Positions 25,101 to 37,100 of a stretch of 64,000 nucleotides of DNA are shown piece after piece (within the stretch, counting starts at the first letter, position 1; each line of letters starts with the position of its first letter). Origin of the DNA: Saccostrea cucullata (lineage: Eukaryota); NCBI RefSeq assembly GCF_032062105.1, contig NW_026937256.1:620001-684000 (forward strand), written 5' to 3'. A model generated the notes under the pieces. It saw only the letters and a program-made list of their open reading frames with translations, was not told the DNA's origin and did not search any database. Both the position numbers and the translations under genes were made by a program.

Positions 25101-28100
25101 AGGGAAAATATTCTCTAAATATGTCCCAAACATTATCTGTAACCAATCATTAAGGTAGAGAACATGCATACAGAGATGATCAACGAATAACAAATAAAGC
25201 ATAAACGAAATTTTATGGTTCCAACCGAAAAGGCTTGTTACTGTGTATACAGTATATTTGCAAGGCTAATTATTTGAAGAACTTGGTTCTAATTTTACCT
25301 CTGGAAATCCAACTTATATTTGCGATTTTCATTCTAAAGATGACATGCTTCAAAATCACATTTCAGTATTTCAAACATCGAACATTCCAGTCAACCAAGG
25401 TAAGTTCGATCTACACTACCTTTATCGAATTCCTAGACTTCATAAAAAAAAATCTTACAGAGGTTTATAGCAGGGTTAAGCAAATGCTATACTAAGCCCC
25501 TATCCTTACAAAAAATATTGACTGCCGTTAAGAAGAAACTTTTAGACGTACTGTTCTACAGCATATTCTAGAAGGGATGTAAATCAGATGTGGAATTTCA
25601 AAAAATCCAAAGGACTTTTTAGATTTAAAGTCGTCAAACTCTTCAAAAGTCAGTTACTTCAAAACGTACGATTTTTCTACACTTTATACAACCATTCCTC
25701 GCGATAAATCAAAAACCAAGCTTTTTGATATTTTAGAAACAGGATAATTTTATAAAAATGGAAGTCAATTTTTTTTTCTATCTTGTGTTGGTCCTTTACA
25801 AAATCATACTGATTCTACACTCAAGTACTCTGATGTTGATATTAAAAGGATGCCAAAGTTTCTCACTGACATTTATGTAGATCTAGTTTTCCAACAAGCT
25901 GTTGGAATGTGGAAGTGTATTAATTGTGCTCTTTTACTAGCTGACCTGTTTTTGAATACCTATGAAGCAGAGTTTATTATAAAATGTTTACAAAAGAAGA
26001 ATTAGAGCAATCGCTGTGGGTTTCAACTCGATATTTAGATATATCAACGATGTATAAATTAACAGCAGTTGCTTTCATAAATATGTCGATTCGATATATC
26101 CCAGTGACGTTGAAATTAAATACATAAAAGAGTCTGCAATATCTGATTTTATATTGAATATTATATTGACTATAGACGATAAAGACCAACTAACAATTCA
26201 ATTGTGCGACAAACGAGATGATTTCATAAATTTTCAATCGTCAATTTTTTATGTAGTCACCTGCCTATAGTGTTTAAAGAATTATATGATTGTGGTCCAC
26301 AGGGGATGCTTACTCCTCCATGGCATCTGATCCCACATCTGATGTTTTTAGAGGTCTGTGTTTGCCTTGTGTTTCGATAGTCTTTTGAGAATGAAAACTG
26401 TTCCATACTTATAATGTACTAGTTTCAGACACAGGAGGACTTACCGGCTCGTTTAGAACTTGCACAATGGATAAGAACTGGTCCTCTGTTCACAGAATCC
26501 ATTAATTCGGGTTGATACAAGGAAAATAGTTCTGCAGAAAAGGGCTCGCTGTTCACTAAAATATATTTAAAAGATCAGGATTCGGTTGCACGAACGATAG
26601 TTAAATTAACTGTAAGTTAAGCCTTTAATTGTTAGTAAAAAATTTAACTGTCAGTTACGTAACTAGCCATTAAAAATGGGTTGCACGAAACGTAATTAAA
26701 CGTTTATAGTTAACTATGACTTAACTCATCGACGTTAGTTAACAAGCAATTAAATACGTCTGCACGTGCGTTTTCCTTACAACTGTATGGAATATGGCTG
26801 CCAAACGAGAGCGATGTGCTAACTGAAGTATCGCAGAAATTACAGTTTTGACGGAGTTTGTTGAAAAAAATGAGGAAACTCTTAAAGCGAAACAATGTAA
26901 CCAGATTACGAACTCAAAAAAAATGCTATGTGGGCAGAGGTTACAGCTATGATTAATGCCATCGGTGTGCAAAAACGCACCGTAGAGCAAGTTAAATTTA
27001 AGTGGGGTAATTTGCAACAAGGAGCAAAGAAAAGTTTTAGTGAAGCTAGAAAAAAAAGCAAATTGACCGGAGGAGGTCCTCCACCAAAGCCGCTTACTGC
27101 CACTGAAGAGAAGATCATCGAGATGATGAAAGATCGTCCCAATTTCAGTGGCATTGTAGGCGGCTTCGAGTCATCTGTGCCGGCATTTGCAGGTACGTAT
27201 TCTTCGATTATCAAAGACAACAACAAAAAAATTAAAATCAAAATTACATTAAATCAAATTATACTTCAATCAAATGAAACCAGTCTACTTGTTATGTTTG
27301 TTTATAAATATCGTCTGACAAAATTGCTCAGGATGATGACGTCACCAACCATTCACACAACACGTGTAATATAAATGATGTATTGTCATAATAACACTAT
27401 TCTGTTGTTTTGATTATATCTTAATTTTCTCCTTAAAATGTAAGACTTACTTGAAAACAGCTACTTTAAATAATCCAGCCTGTGATGCAACTAAGCCTCG
27501 ATGCAATGACGAAGGCTACATCAGTAGGGGCCTACACATTTCTCGATCCTGTACATAGCCTAGTCTTTGAAAACTCTATGATCGTCTAAACAGAGAGTAT
27601 AAAATCGACTTTTCACGTTAATAGAATTAACATCCCATTCAAAACTTTTAAAAAATCCACGTCATCACACAAGAATGTTCAAGTCCGATGTAAACTCAGC
27701 ACTCAATCTAGGCCTATCACATTCTCATTTATAAAGTGACGTCATTAGTGGGGCACCGTATGGGTTGTCATCTCCATTACATGGGCTTCTGAACCGGGGG
27801 TGGGGGGGGGGGGTTAGCCCCTCCCCACTTTTTTGCAAATATACCTAATTTGGACATAATATAGGCAATATGCTGAAAGTGGACGTAGGTTTAGATCCCC
27901 TCCCCTACTTTCAACACCCCATCTTCCTCCGCACGATTTTAGTTTCGTGATGATGCTTTCCTTAATATTCCCTGGTATTATTTTCAAAAGGTTTTATGAC
28001 TTTCTTTTCTCTTCATTACCTGACCCATTTTCCATTTCCATCTTGGAAAAAAATGCCACGCTCAGATCTTGGTTCAGTTATGTAAAACACCGACTTTCAA

Positions 28101-31100
28101 TAGATCCTTTTCAAAAATCTCTCGATCCACCTATAAATGATTTTAAATAATTCAGGTATATCACAGTGTAAATCCTTGTTCCTGATTGATTGTAGAACGG
28201 CAGGTAGTGGGCCTGTATGCTTTTTTTAAATTCTATTGTTATAAGATCAATGAACATTTGGAAAATGGAACATGGAAGGCTTGTTCATTCCTCTCGTCCC
28301 CCCCCCCCCCCTTTCCCCATTTTGAAATTGCTTGTTTAATATAGGCCAAATATTTTCCAGCAGTGCGTATAGACATAATTGTTACTATACTATAGTATTT
28401 AGTATCAATCATATTCTGTTGTTATTTTTACTTTAAAGTGGTGTCAAAAGAAACTGAGCCAGAGGCAACATCTACCTCCACCCATGGTACCAATGAAGAA
28501 GGAACGGAAGCAGATGCAAACGAGGTCCGAAGTTCTGAGTGTACTTATCCTGATTGTGAAAGGTTGGTTTGATAATCTTAAGTTAAATGAAAGCAATTGT
28601 GAGGGCTAAAAATAATTCTTTTTCAGTTTGTCAAGAAAAAAAATTCTTTCGTGTTAATGCTGTAAACGTACTTTTTACGAGGCCAATCACATACAGGTCT
28701 ATTTGGGGAAAAAAATTAATTTTGCGAATTTTTTGTGTGTCACTGACTAGGAAGTTTATATTTCCTTTCAATAATTGCATTTCCTTTTAAATTTTACCAT
28801 CACACTAGTTATATACGTACTAACTATATGGCCGTCCGAAAAAAACCCAGTAAAATTAATAAAGAAATAAATTTATCATTTATGATCGTATGCATGATAC
28901 TGTAATTAACGTGTATATGCAATTTCTACTTTTCAAAACATTATTGGTTTATTCTCAACTGTCGGTAAGTCTTATCAATTCTGCTTTTTTTTATCATAAT
29001 TTTACTCCATAGCTTTCTCGTATTAAGTTAATCCAGTTTAATTGTTTACTACCTAGGGCGGATATGGAAAAGGAAACAGAGATGGAAAGTTGCAGTGAAC
29101 GTGATCAGTCACCATCGGTTCCCAAACATAAGAAAAGGAAGAAGATTACATTAGTTGATTTGCAGACAATGCAGTATGAGGTAGCAAATGTTTATTACAG
29201 TCCTCTTACCACTAATTTATGACGTCTGGTGACTTTTCACACAGGTGTTCGTGAACCCCCCTTTTTGTCTCCGTGTTCTCTGATAATTTGAGTATGTATT
29301 TTGTAAAAGGCTACTTTAAGGTGATATTTAGGACTTTCAGTCGTAATATCTTGTGATTGTGTCATATAAATATAAAAATATTTTATTTTTTAAAAAAAGT
29401 CAAGGAATCATTGCGGTACGGAATACGGGGGAAGGGGGGATGCTATTGTATCACTAATGTAAAAATAAAAGGTAAACTGCGATTGCATGGATAATGAAAG
29501 GTCGCATCAAAGGTTATTTGCGACTATGCTTCCTTTACTCGCATTGGTCGATATTTAAATATAAACTATAAGTAAATACAATGTTCTTGTCATTCAGCCA
29601 TACCGAGTAAGGGTCGTGCATTTGGTGGAATGTCCGAATTACAAACTATCGTATGCCACAACAGCTAGGGTGTTCATATAGTCTTTAAAACATGCCTTTA
29701 TTATTATACCCGCACTTTCGAAAGAAAGTTCGGGTATATTGTTGTTACTCATGTCCGTCCGTCCGTCCGTCCGTCCGTCCGTCCGTCCGTCTGTCACACT
29801 TTTCTTCCCTGAACTCCTCCTACATTTTTTACACTAGCTTAATCATCCTTTGGGAGATGGTTGGGGGTGTCATGTAGATGTGCAGTAAGGTTTCGGAATT
29901 TTGATTTTGCCCCGGGGGATCAAATGGGGGTCGAAAAATGACGTTTTTTATACAAAAAGCCCCTTCTTCCCTGAACTCCTCCTACATTTTTCACAGTAGC
30001 TTAATCATCCTTTGGGAGATGGTTGGGGGTGTCATGTAGATGTGCAGTAAGGTTTCGGAATTTTTATTTTGCCCCGGGGGATCAAATGGGGGTCGAAAAA
30101 TGACGTTTTTTATACAAAAAGCCCCTTCTTCCCTGAACTCCTCCTACATTTTTCACAGTAGCTTAATCATCCTTTGGGAGATGGTTTGGGGTGTCATGTA
30201 GATGTGCAGTAAGGTTTCGGAATTTCGATTTTGCCCCGGGGGATCAAATGGGGGTCGAAAAATGACGTTTTTTATACAAAAAGCCCCTTCTTCCCTGAAC
30301 TCCTCCTACATTTTTCACAGTAGCTTAATCATCCTTTGGGAGATGGTTGGGGGTGTCATGTAGATGTGCAGTAAGGTTTCGGAATTTTGATTTTGCCCCG
30401 GGGATCAAATGGGGGTCGAAAAATGACGTTTTTTATACAAAAAGCCCCTTCTTCCTTGAACTCCTTCTACAATTTACTCAGCAGCCTAATCATCTTTTGA
30501 GAGATGGCTGGTGGTGTCATGTAGATGTGCAGTAAGGTTTCAGAATTTCGATTTTGCCCCGGGGGTTCAAATGGGGGTCGAAAAATGACGTTTTTTATAT
30601 AAAAAGCCCCTTCTTCCCTGAACTCCTCCTACATTTTTCACAGTAGCTTAATCATCCTTTGGGAGATGGTTTGGGGTGTCATGTAGATGTGCAGTAAGGT
30701 TTCGGAATTTTGATTTTGCCCAGGGGGGTCAAATGGGGGTCGAAAAATGACGTTTTTCATACAAAGAGCCCTGTTTTCCCTGAACTCCTCTTACATTTTA
30801 CTCAGCAGCTTAATCATCTTTTGGGAGATGGTTGGTGGTGTCAGGTAGATGTGCAGTAAGGTTTCGGAATTTTGATGTTGCCCCGGGGGGTCAAATGGGG
30901 GTTGAAAAATAATGTTTTTCAAACAAAGAGCCCTGTTTTCCCTGAACTCCTCTTACATTTTACTCAGCAGCTTAATCATCTTTTGGGAGATGGTTGGTGG
31001 GGTCATGTAGATATGCAGTAAGGTTTTGGAATTTAGATTTTGCCCCGGGGGGTCAAATGTGGGTCGGAAAATGATGCTTTTTGTGCAAAAAGCCCTGTCT

Positions 31101-34100
31101 TACTTGAAGTCTTCCTTAATGTTACTCAGAAGCCTAATAATCTTTTAGGAGGGTTAAATATTTTGAAAATTATGTAAAACATCAACGTCAAGGGGTAACA
31201 AGATGTGTTTGTGAAATACTATGCGCCCGGCATCAACAAAGTACAAAAAGCTATATTTTTTGCATATAGGTCACAGTCAAGGTCATTGACCTTGGTGTTG
31301 TTTGTAAGAACTTAATTAGTGGGGTATGCATACTAAATATGAAGTTGTAATCTCCTATGGTTCAAAAGTTATGGCAAAAAGTAGAAAAAGCTATTTTTAG
31401 CATATAGGTCACCGTTAAGGTCACAAGGTCATTGACCTTCATGTCATTTGAAGGAACTTTATCAGTGCAGTATTCGAACCAAATATGAAGTCTCTATCTC
31501 CTATGGTTCAAAGGTTATGGCAAAAAGTGGAAAAAGCTATTTTTAGTATAAAGGTCACAGTCAAGGTCACATGATCATTGACCTTGGTGTTGTTTGAAAG
31601 AACCTATTTAGTGAAGTATGCATACCAAATATGAATTCCCTATCTCCTATGGTTCAAAAGTTATGACCAACACTTGAAAAACCTATTTTTAGCATATAAG
31701 TCGCAGTCAAGGTCACAAGGTCATTGACCTTGATGTCATTTGAAAGAACTTTGTTAGAGGAGTATGCATACCAAATATGAAGTCTCTATCTCTTACGGTT
31801 CAAAAGTATTGGCCAAGGTTAAACTTGACAACAGACAAACAGACAAACAGATAAACAGACAAACAGACAGGACAAAAACAATATGCGCCCCTAAAAAATT
31901 GGGGCGCATAAAAAAAACATTGCATGCTGGGAAACACCTTGAATTCTTATGAGTAATTTATGTACATGTCAAATGTGAGAGTCATATCTCATCTCAATCA
32001 AAAGTTATAAGCAAATGCAACATTTTTGAAAAGTAGGTTAGGCTTGATTGCTTCAAGGTCAAGGTCACAGTGTAAAAATATTTGGAAAGGTCTTTATCAC
32101 AGGTAATAATAAACATGCATTATGATATGAATGCCCTAACTTTTCTCTTTCAAAATGATGAATTTATAACAACTTAATTTTTTTGCAAGTTGGTCAAACT
32201 TCTAGGTCACATGTAAAAAAAAAACATGCCATTCTCACAGGTAAATATACTAATAATAATTTTAATATGAATGTCTCTTCTCATTCTGTAGATATGACCG
32301 TGATAACCAAGATTAAATTTTTTGAGACAGATGGACTGAGTCTGACATACAAATGTACATATTTCTATATGAATTGGGTAAAATTCGCCCAGTGGTTCTA
32401 GAGAAGTTAAAAATGTAAAAAGTTTTCAGACAAACAGATGGACAACACGTCACGACAGACATTATATGCTAAGGAAACAAAAAAAGCTCAAATGAGTGTT
32501 TTGAAAGGGTTACAATATGGTTGGAGTATTTGAAAAGCTGTTTTTTTTCCTGCAGAGATATGCATGACCAACATATTTATGTTTTATATTTTCTTTAGTA
32601 ATTTGTTTGTTTGTTGTGAATACATCTTCCCTCATATGGAGACACCACCAAATAATAATGTAGATAAGATGTGTTTGTGAAACACTGATGTCCCAGTATG
32701 GAAGCCTATGGCGAAGGTTGAAGTTTCTCAAATATATGTCAAACTCAAAGGTCAAGGGTTCAAATTGTTAGTGTCAGAAGAAAGTCTATGTTAAATAAAG
32801 AAATCTCTAGTAATTCCTTTTCAAAAGTTAATTGCCAAGGTTAATTTTTTTTTAAGTGGTTCAAACTCTAGGGTCAAGGTCAAACATATTTCCTGTTGAC
32901 AGTTCAAAATGAATACAATATGTCATGATAAGTATGAAAGCCCTAGCACCTACTGATCAAAAATTAGGCAGAGTTTAAAGTTTGGTATTTTTCTTGTAAA
33001 AATGTGTATCCCATGTCAAGCGATCAGAGGTAAAAATTAATGGTACCCAAATAAAAGGTCTTATTAAATTGTCACAAGAAATAAACCTATAAAATGTGGA
33101 AGCTATATGTATAGCCCATCCCACTTAAAACTTATGGGCAAGCTAGCTAGGATTTAATTTTTGCAGACTTATAGACAGACATACTATAAACACAAGAAAC
33201 AAAATATGTACATGTATAATAATTAGTCAAATGGAAAAAAAATATACTATTAAACTGGAATCACAAAATAGATTGTTATTTCAGGGACAGGAAGTGGGTA
33301 GGAAGATTGGAATCCCCCCCCCCCTCCCCCCCCCCCCCCCCCCCCCATCTTGCATTTGCTTTGTTATTTAAACAAGACTATATACTGTAGCAAGTAAAAA
33401 ATGACTCTTGACATCCTCTCCCTATAAACTTAGAAAACATTGACCTCCCTATCATTGTTTTTTTATTTGTTTATTTGTTTTCATTTTTTTTCTCCTGCTT
33501 GTCACGAAATTCTGGGCTGGAATTTTTTGACTTAGATGTGAACCCCCCTCCCTACTCCCTAAAAAAATTCTGGATCCGCACCAGTATTGGCAGTAACTGA
33601 ATGTCACATCGACAATGGGAGATAACTTCACAATATGAAATTCGTCTAGTGTGGCATGGGATGATCTTTGACCCTTTTTAAACTTTAACCTAATCATTGA
33701 CTTCTACTTACCGACTCCCTGTGTCTCGTAAACTTCATGAAATATAAATCCAATTATAACACAAAATGAATTAATCCAATGCACACCAGACTGCAACCAT
33801 GTGCCATTTTGGCGAACTTTCGTCGATTCCGTCACCTTATCAGATGAAGTGGGAATCGGCCGAGGTGTGCCAAATGGTGTTTAATCTATAAATATCATAA
33901 TGGGTGACGCAACGTGATGTAATGTAGAAATTTACATGTTCACATGTATAGTACAAGAACAAATTTTAAATTAATTCATTACAAACGATATTAAATTTTA
34001 ACAAACCTTTTCCATCTAGCCTATTCCAAAAAGTATGTGCTGTGTGATTGTGGCGTCGAGGGGGGGGGGGGGTAGTAAATTTAAAAAGGTCCTATTATGA

Positions 34101-37100
34101 GCAAAACATATATAATTTCAGACGCGGATCCAGAATTTTTTTCCGGTGGGGGGGGGGGGGGGGGGGGGGAGGTCCACCTCAGTCAAAAAAAATCCTATCC
34201 CAGAAATTGACAATCAAAAAAAAACCTAAAGTAAATCTCACCCAAACGTCAAAAACCTATATCGTGGAGGTGGGTAAGGGGTAGTGGTGACTTCTATTGC
34301 CGCAAATGTTTAACTTTTCATACCTATTTTACACATATTCGTGTTTACCAGGGGGGGAGGGGATCTGCATTTTCAAAGGGGGGTCCATTGTAACTTTTTC
34401 CTTGTTTTAGTGTATACATTTTTTAACCTTGTAAATTCCAAGGGGGGGGGGCTGACCCCCCCCCCCCCCCTGACAGATCCGTGCATGAATTTACATCATT
34501 AATAAAATTCAGACTTGTATATAATGAATTAAGCATGTATAAAATAAATATAAGAGGTTCTGAGTTATAGGTCACAGGGTCTGAGAATTTCATAATCAAT
34601 TTGATTAATACATGTAAATTATAGAATTATTTTGACTATTTCCTTTGAAAGCCGCCCAATATGTAGGAGCGTGTATTTAGAGGCAAACACCTTAGTGCGG
34701 GTATTACTGTCTCATGACAGCATCTAGTTGTCTCTTTGTGCAAGTTTTATTTCGCCAGAAAAGAACACATCAAATTGGACTAAAATTCGATAAATAGTTC
34801 AATATGCCCCCTCCTTTTATCGTTTCCCCCCTTCGCCTACATATTTAATGGAGACTGTTGTGCTATGCAAAGTGATGTTCTTCCACAATGTATTTTGAGA
34901 TAAAGTCTTTTGATTGCAGGTGCTACGCACGCAGAAGAAACAACTGGAATTGAAGAGTATGAAGCTGGAGAAAGAGATAGAACGGGCGGATTTACAGAAA
35001 GAAAACATGAAACTGCGAAATGAAAAATTATTATTAGAAATTCAAATCCTGAAGCAGAATGTATCTCAAAATGAAAGTGCCCTTCTTGCATTACAGGTCA
35101 TCTCTGATGAATAGTTGTAATTTCTAAAGAAAGTTTGAAATAATGAAATATTAAATATGTTTTAAATGAAATTCACAGTTTTATTTTTCACTGCACATGC
35201 CAGTGTATATACTTATGAGGAACAATTATATACATTAAAGCAGTCCACGAACAAGTGTAATTACAGAATCAAAGTTACGTTGCCCTTAATCTGGTCTAAA
35301 AATACGTTGTCGTAATGTAGTTCCGAATGGCTCGTCCATCCTCTGGGCCTTGGTAGTCCAATTGACCAACGTTATTGTCATCATGATCATCATCATCTTC
35401 CATTTCCTCCTTAAGAATCAACGCTATATTATGAAGAATTGCACAGGCTCCAACAACTCGGCACACTTTAGCTGGTTTCATACGGATTTCTCCATGCAGA
35501 ACATGAAATCTACGTTTCAACCATCCAAACGCTCGTTCTACAGTGGTTCGTGTCTGACTGTGGGCAGAGTTATAAGCCTCTTGCGCAGGCGTTGATGGGT
35601 GCAAGTAAGGTGTAAGCAGGAACTTTGAACATGCGTATCCACTGTCACCGAGAAGAAATCCATCTTCGATTCCACGGTGGGTATTCTCTAAAAATGTGCA
35701 TACCTCTGATGCCCGGAAGATATGGCTGTCGTGGCTGCTTCCAGGCAACTGGGCATCAATATTGATGAACTTTCCTGTAAAAAAAAAAAGCTTATTTCAT
35801 AAATTTTATTCAAAAACTAGCTGGCACAAACAATTTAAGATTTAAAAAAATGCTGCTTTGAGTGAACATACCCTCATGATCGCAGATGGCTTGCACATTA
35901 ATGGAGTGCCATCCCTTTCTATTCACGTATGTTGGCTCATCCTCCGAGGGAGCCTGTATCCTGACATGGGTGCCATCAATACAACCAATTACCCCTGGGA
36001 ACCCACCACGCGTAAAAAACATTCTTTTTGCTTTTAACATATCTTCCTGTTTAGGCCACTTCAGGAATTGGTCCTTCTTTGCTAGGAGTGCATTTGTCAC
36101 GTTGACGGCTCTACTGACTGTCCCCTTATCTACACCCATGGTGTCTCCAATGACTTCTAAAAAACTCCCGGAGGCGTAAAACCGAAGGGCAAGCATGACC
36201 TATATTAAAATTTCATGACGTATTTAATTTTTTAGGAATCAAAATTAAAAAAAATACAACTATTGATGTGTTTTAAGCATTATTACTAAGATGTAGACAA
36301 TGATTTAATATCAATATTTTTATTCCCCGAACGATGTGTCTATTGCCAGAATCCAAAGACTTGTGTTTATAACTGAAGCATCCCAATATTTGTGCAACAT
36401 ATGCATATACCTCGTTGGAGGGGGGGGGGGGGGTTCGAGACAGATTATTCATTTTCATGTAAGTCAAAGACAGATTATTTATTGTCACGTCACTCAAGGA
36501 CAAAATTATTTTTCTTTTTCTGTCAAGCCTTGAGGCCCCAGTGTGTCCAGGGCGAAGCCCTGATGGGGGCCCATGGGGCGAAGCCCCCGGAAGCTCCTGG
36601 ATTGTTGAGATTCTGTAGGGTAAAAATGAGGTCTACCGAGTAGACATTTTTACATTTTCTCGACGAAACTAGGATTTACGCTAGCTTTGTCAATTTTAGG
36701 GGGGGGGGGGGCGCCGGGTGCACCCCCCTTAAATCCGCCACTGCAGTCGTTTTACCGGTAACGAATATTTGCTAGTATTGAATATTTTTTTGACTTGAAT
36801 ATTTTTGAAAAGCATGGAGACGGGTTTAAAAAATCTTACTGGGTAAATAGAATAAAAGGATGCATATTCTATACCTGTGTTGTGTTTTTGTGATATCTGC
36901 ATGATTATTTTCCACAGTATTTGCAGTTTGAAACAATGACCTAGATTTTTAGCACGCGGAAGTGAGATGAGAAAAGTGAAAATATTTTTAAAAAATTCCA
37001 TGAAAATTATGTCTCAGAGATAGTTGATTAAATTTCAATAACGCATGTCACTATTAATTAAAAGTTTCTCATAAAATGCTACTGTAAAAAACTCCTTAAT

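Larger units (their letters stand above)
26794..35114 (+). pseudogene. Harbinger Myb/SANT-like DNA-binding protein; exons 26794-27192, 28439-28562, 29057-29180, 34920-35114
   Basis: [22 protein letters not shown]...[frameshift in A run ~26915-26925]..[29 protein letters not shown]...KLTGGGPPP; [11 protein letters not shown]; C-terminal coiled coil. Splice phases 1/2/0 are consistent. Premature TGA at 26824. Confidence 0.85.
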
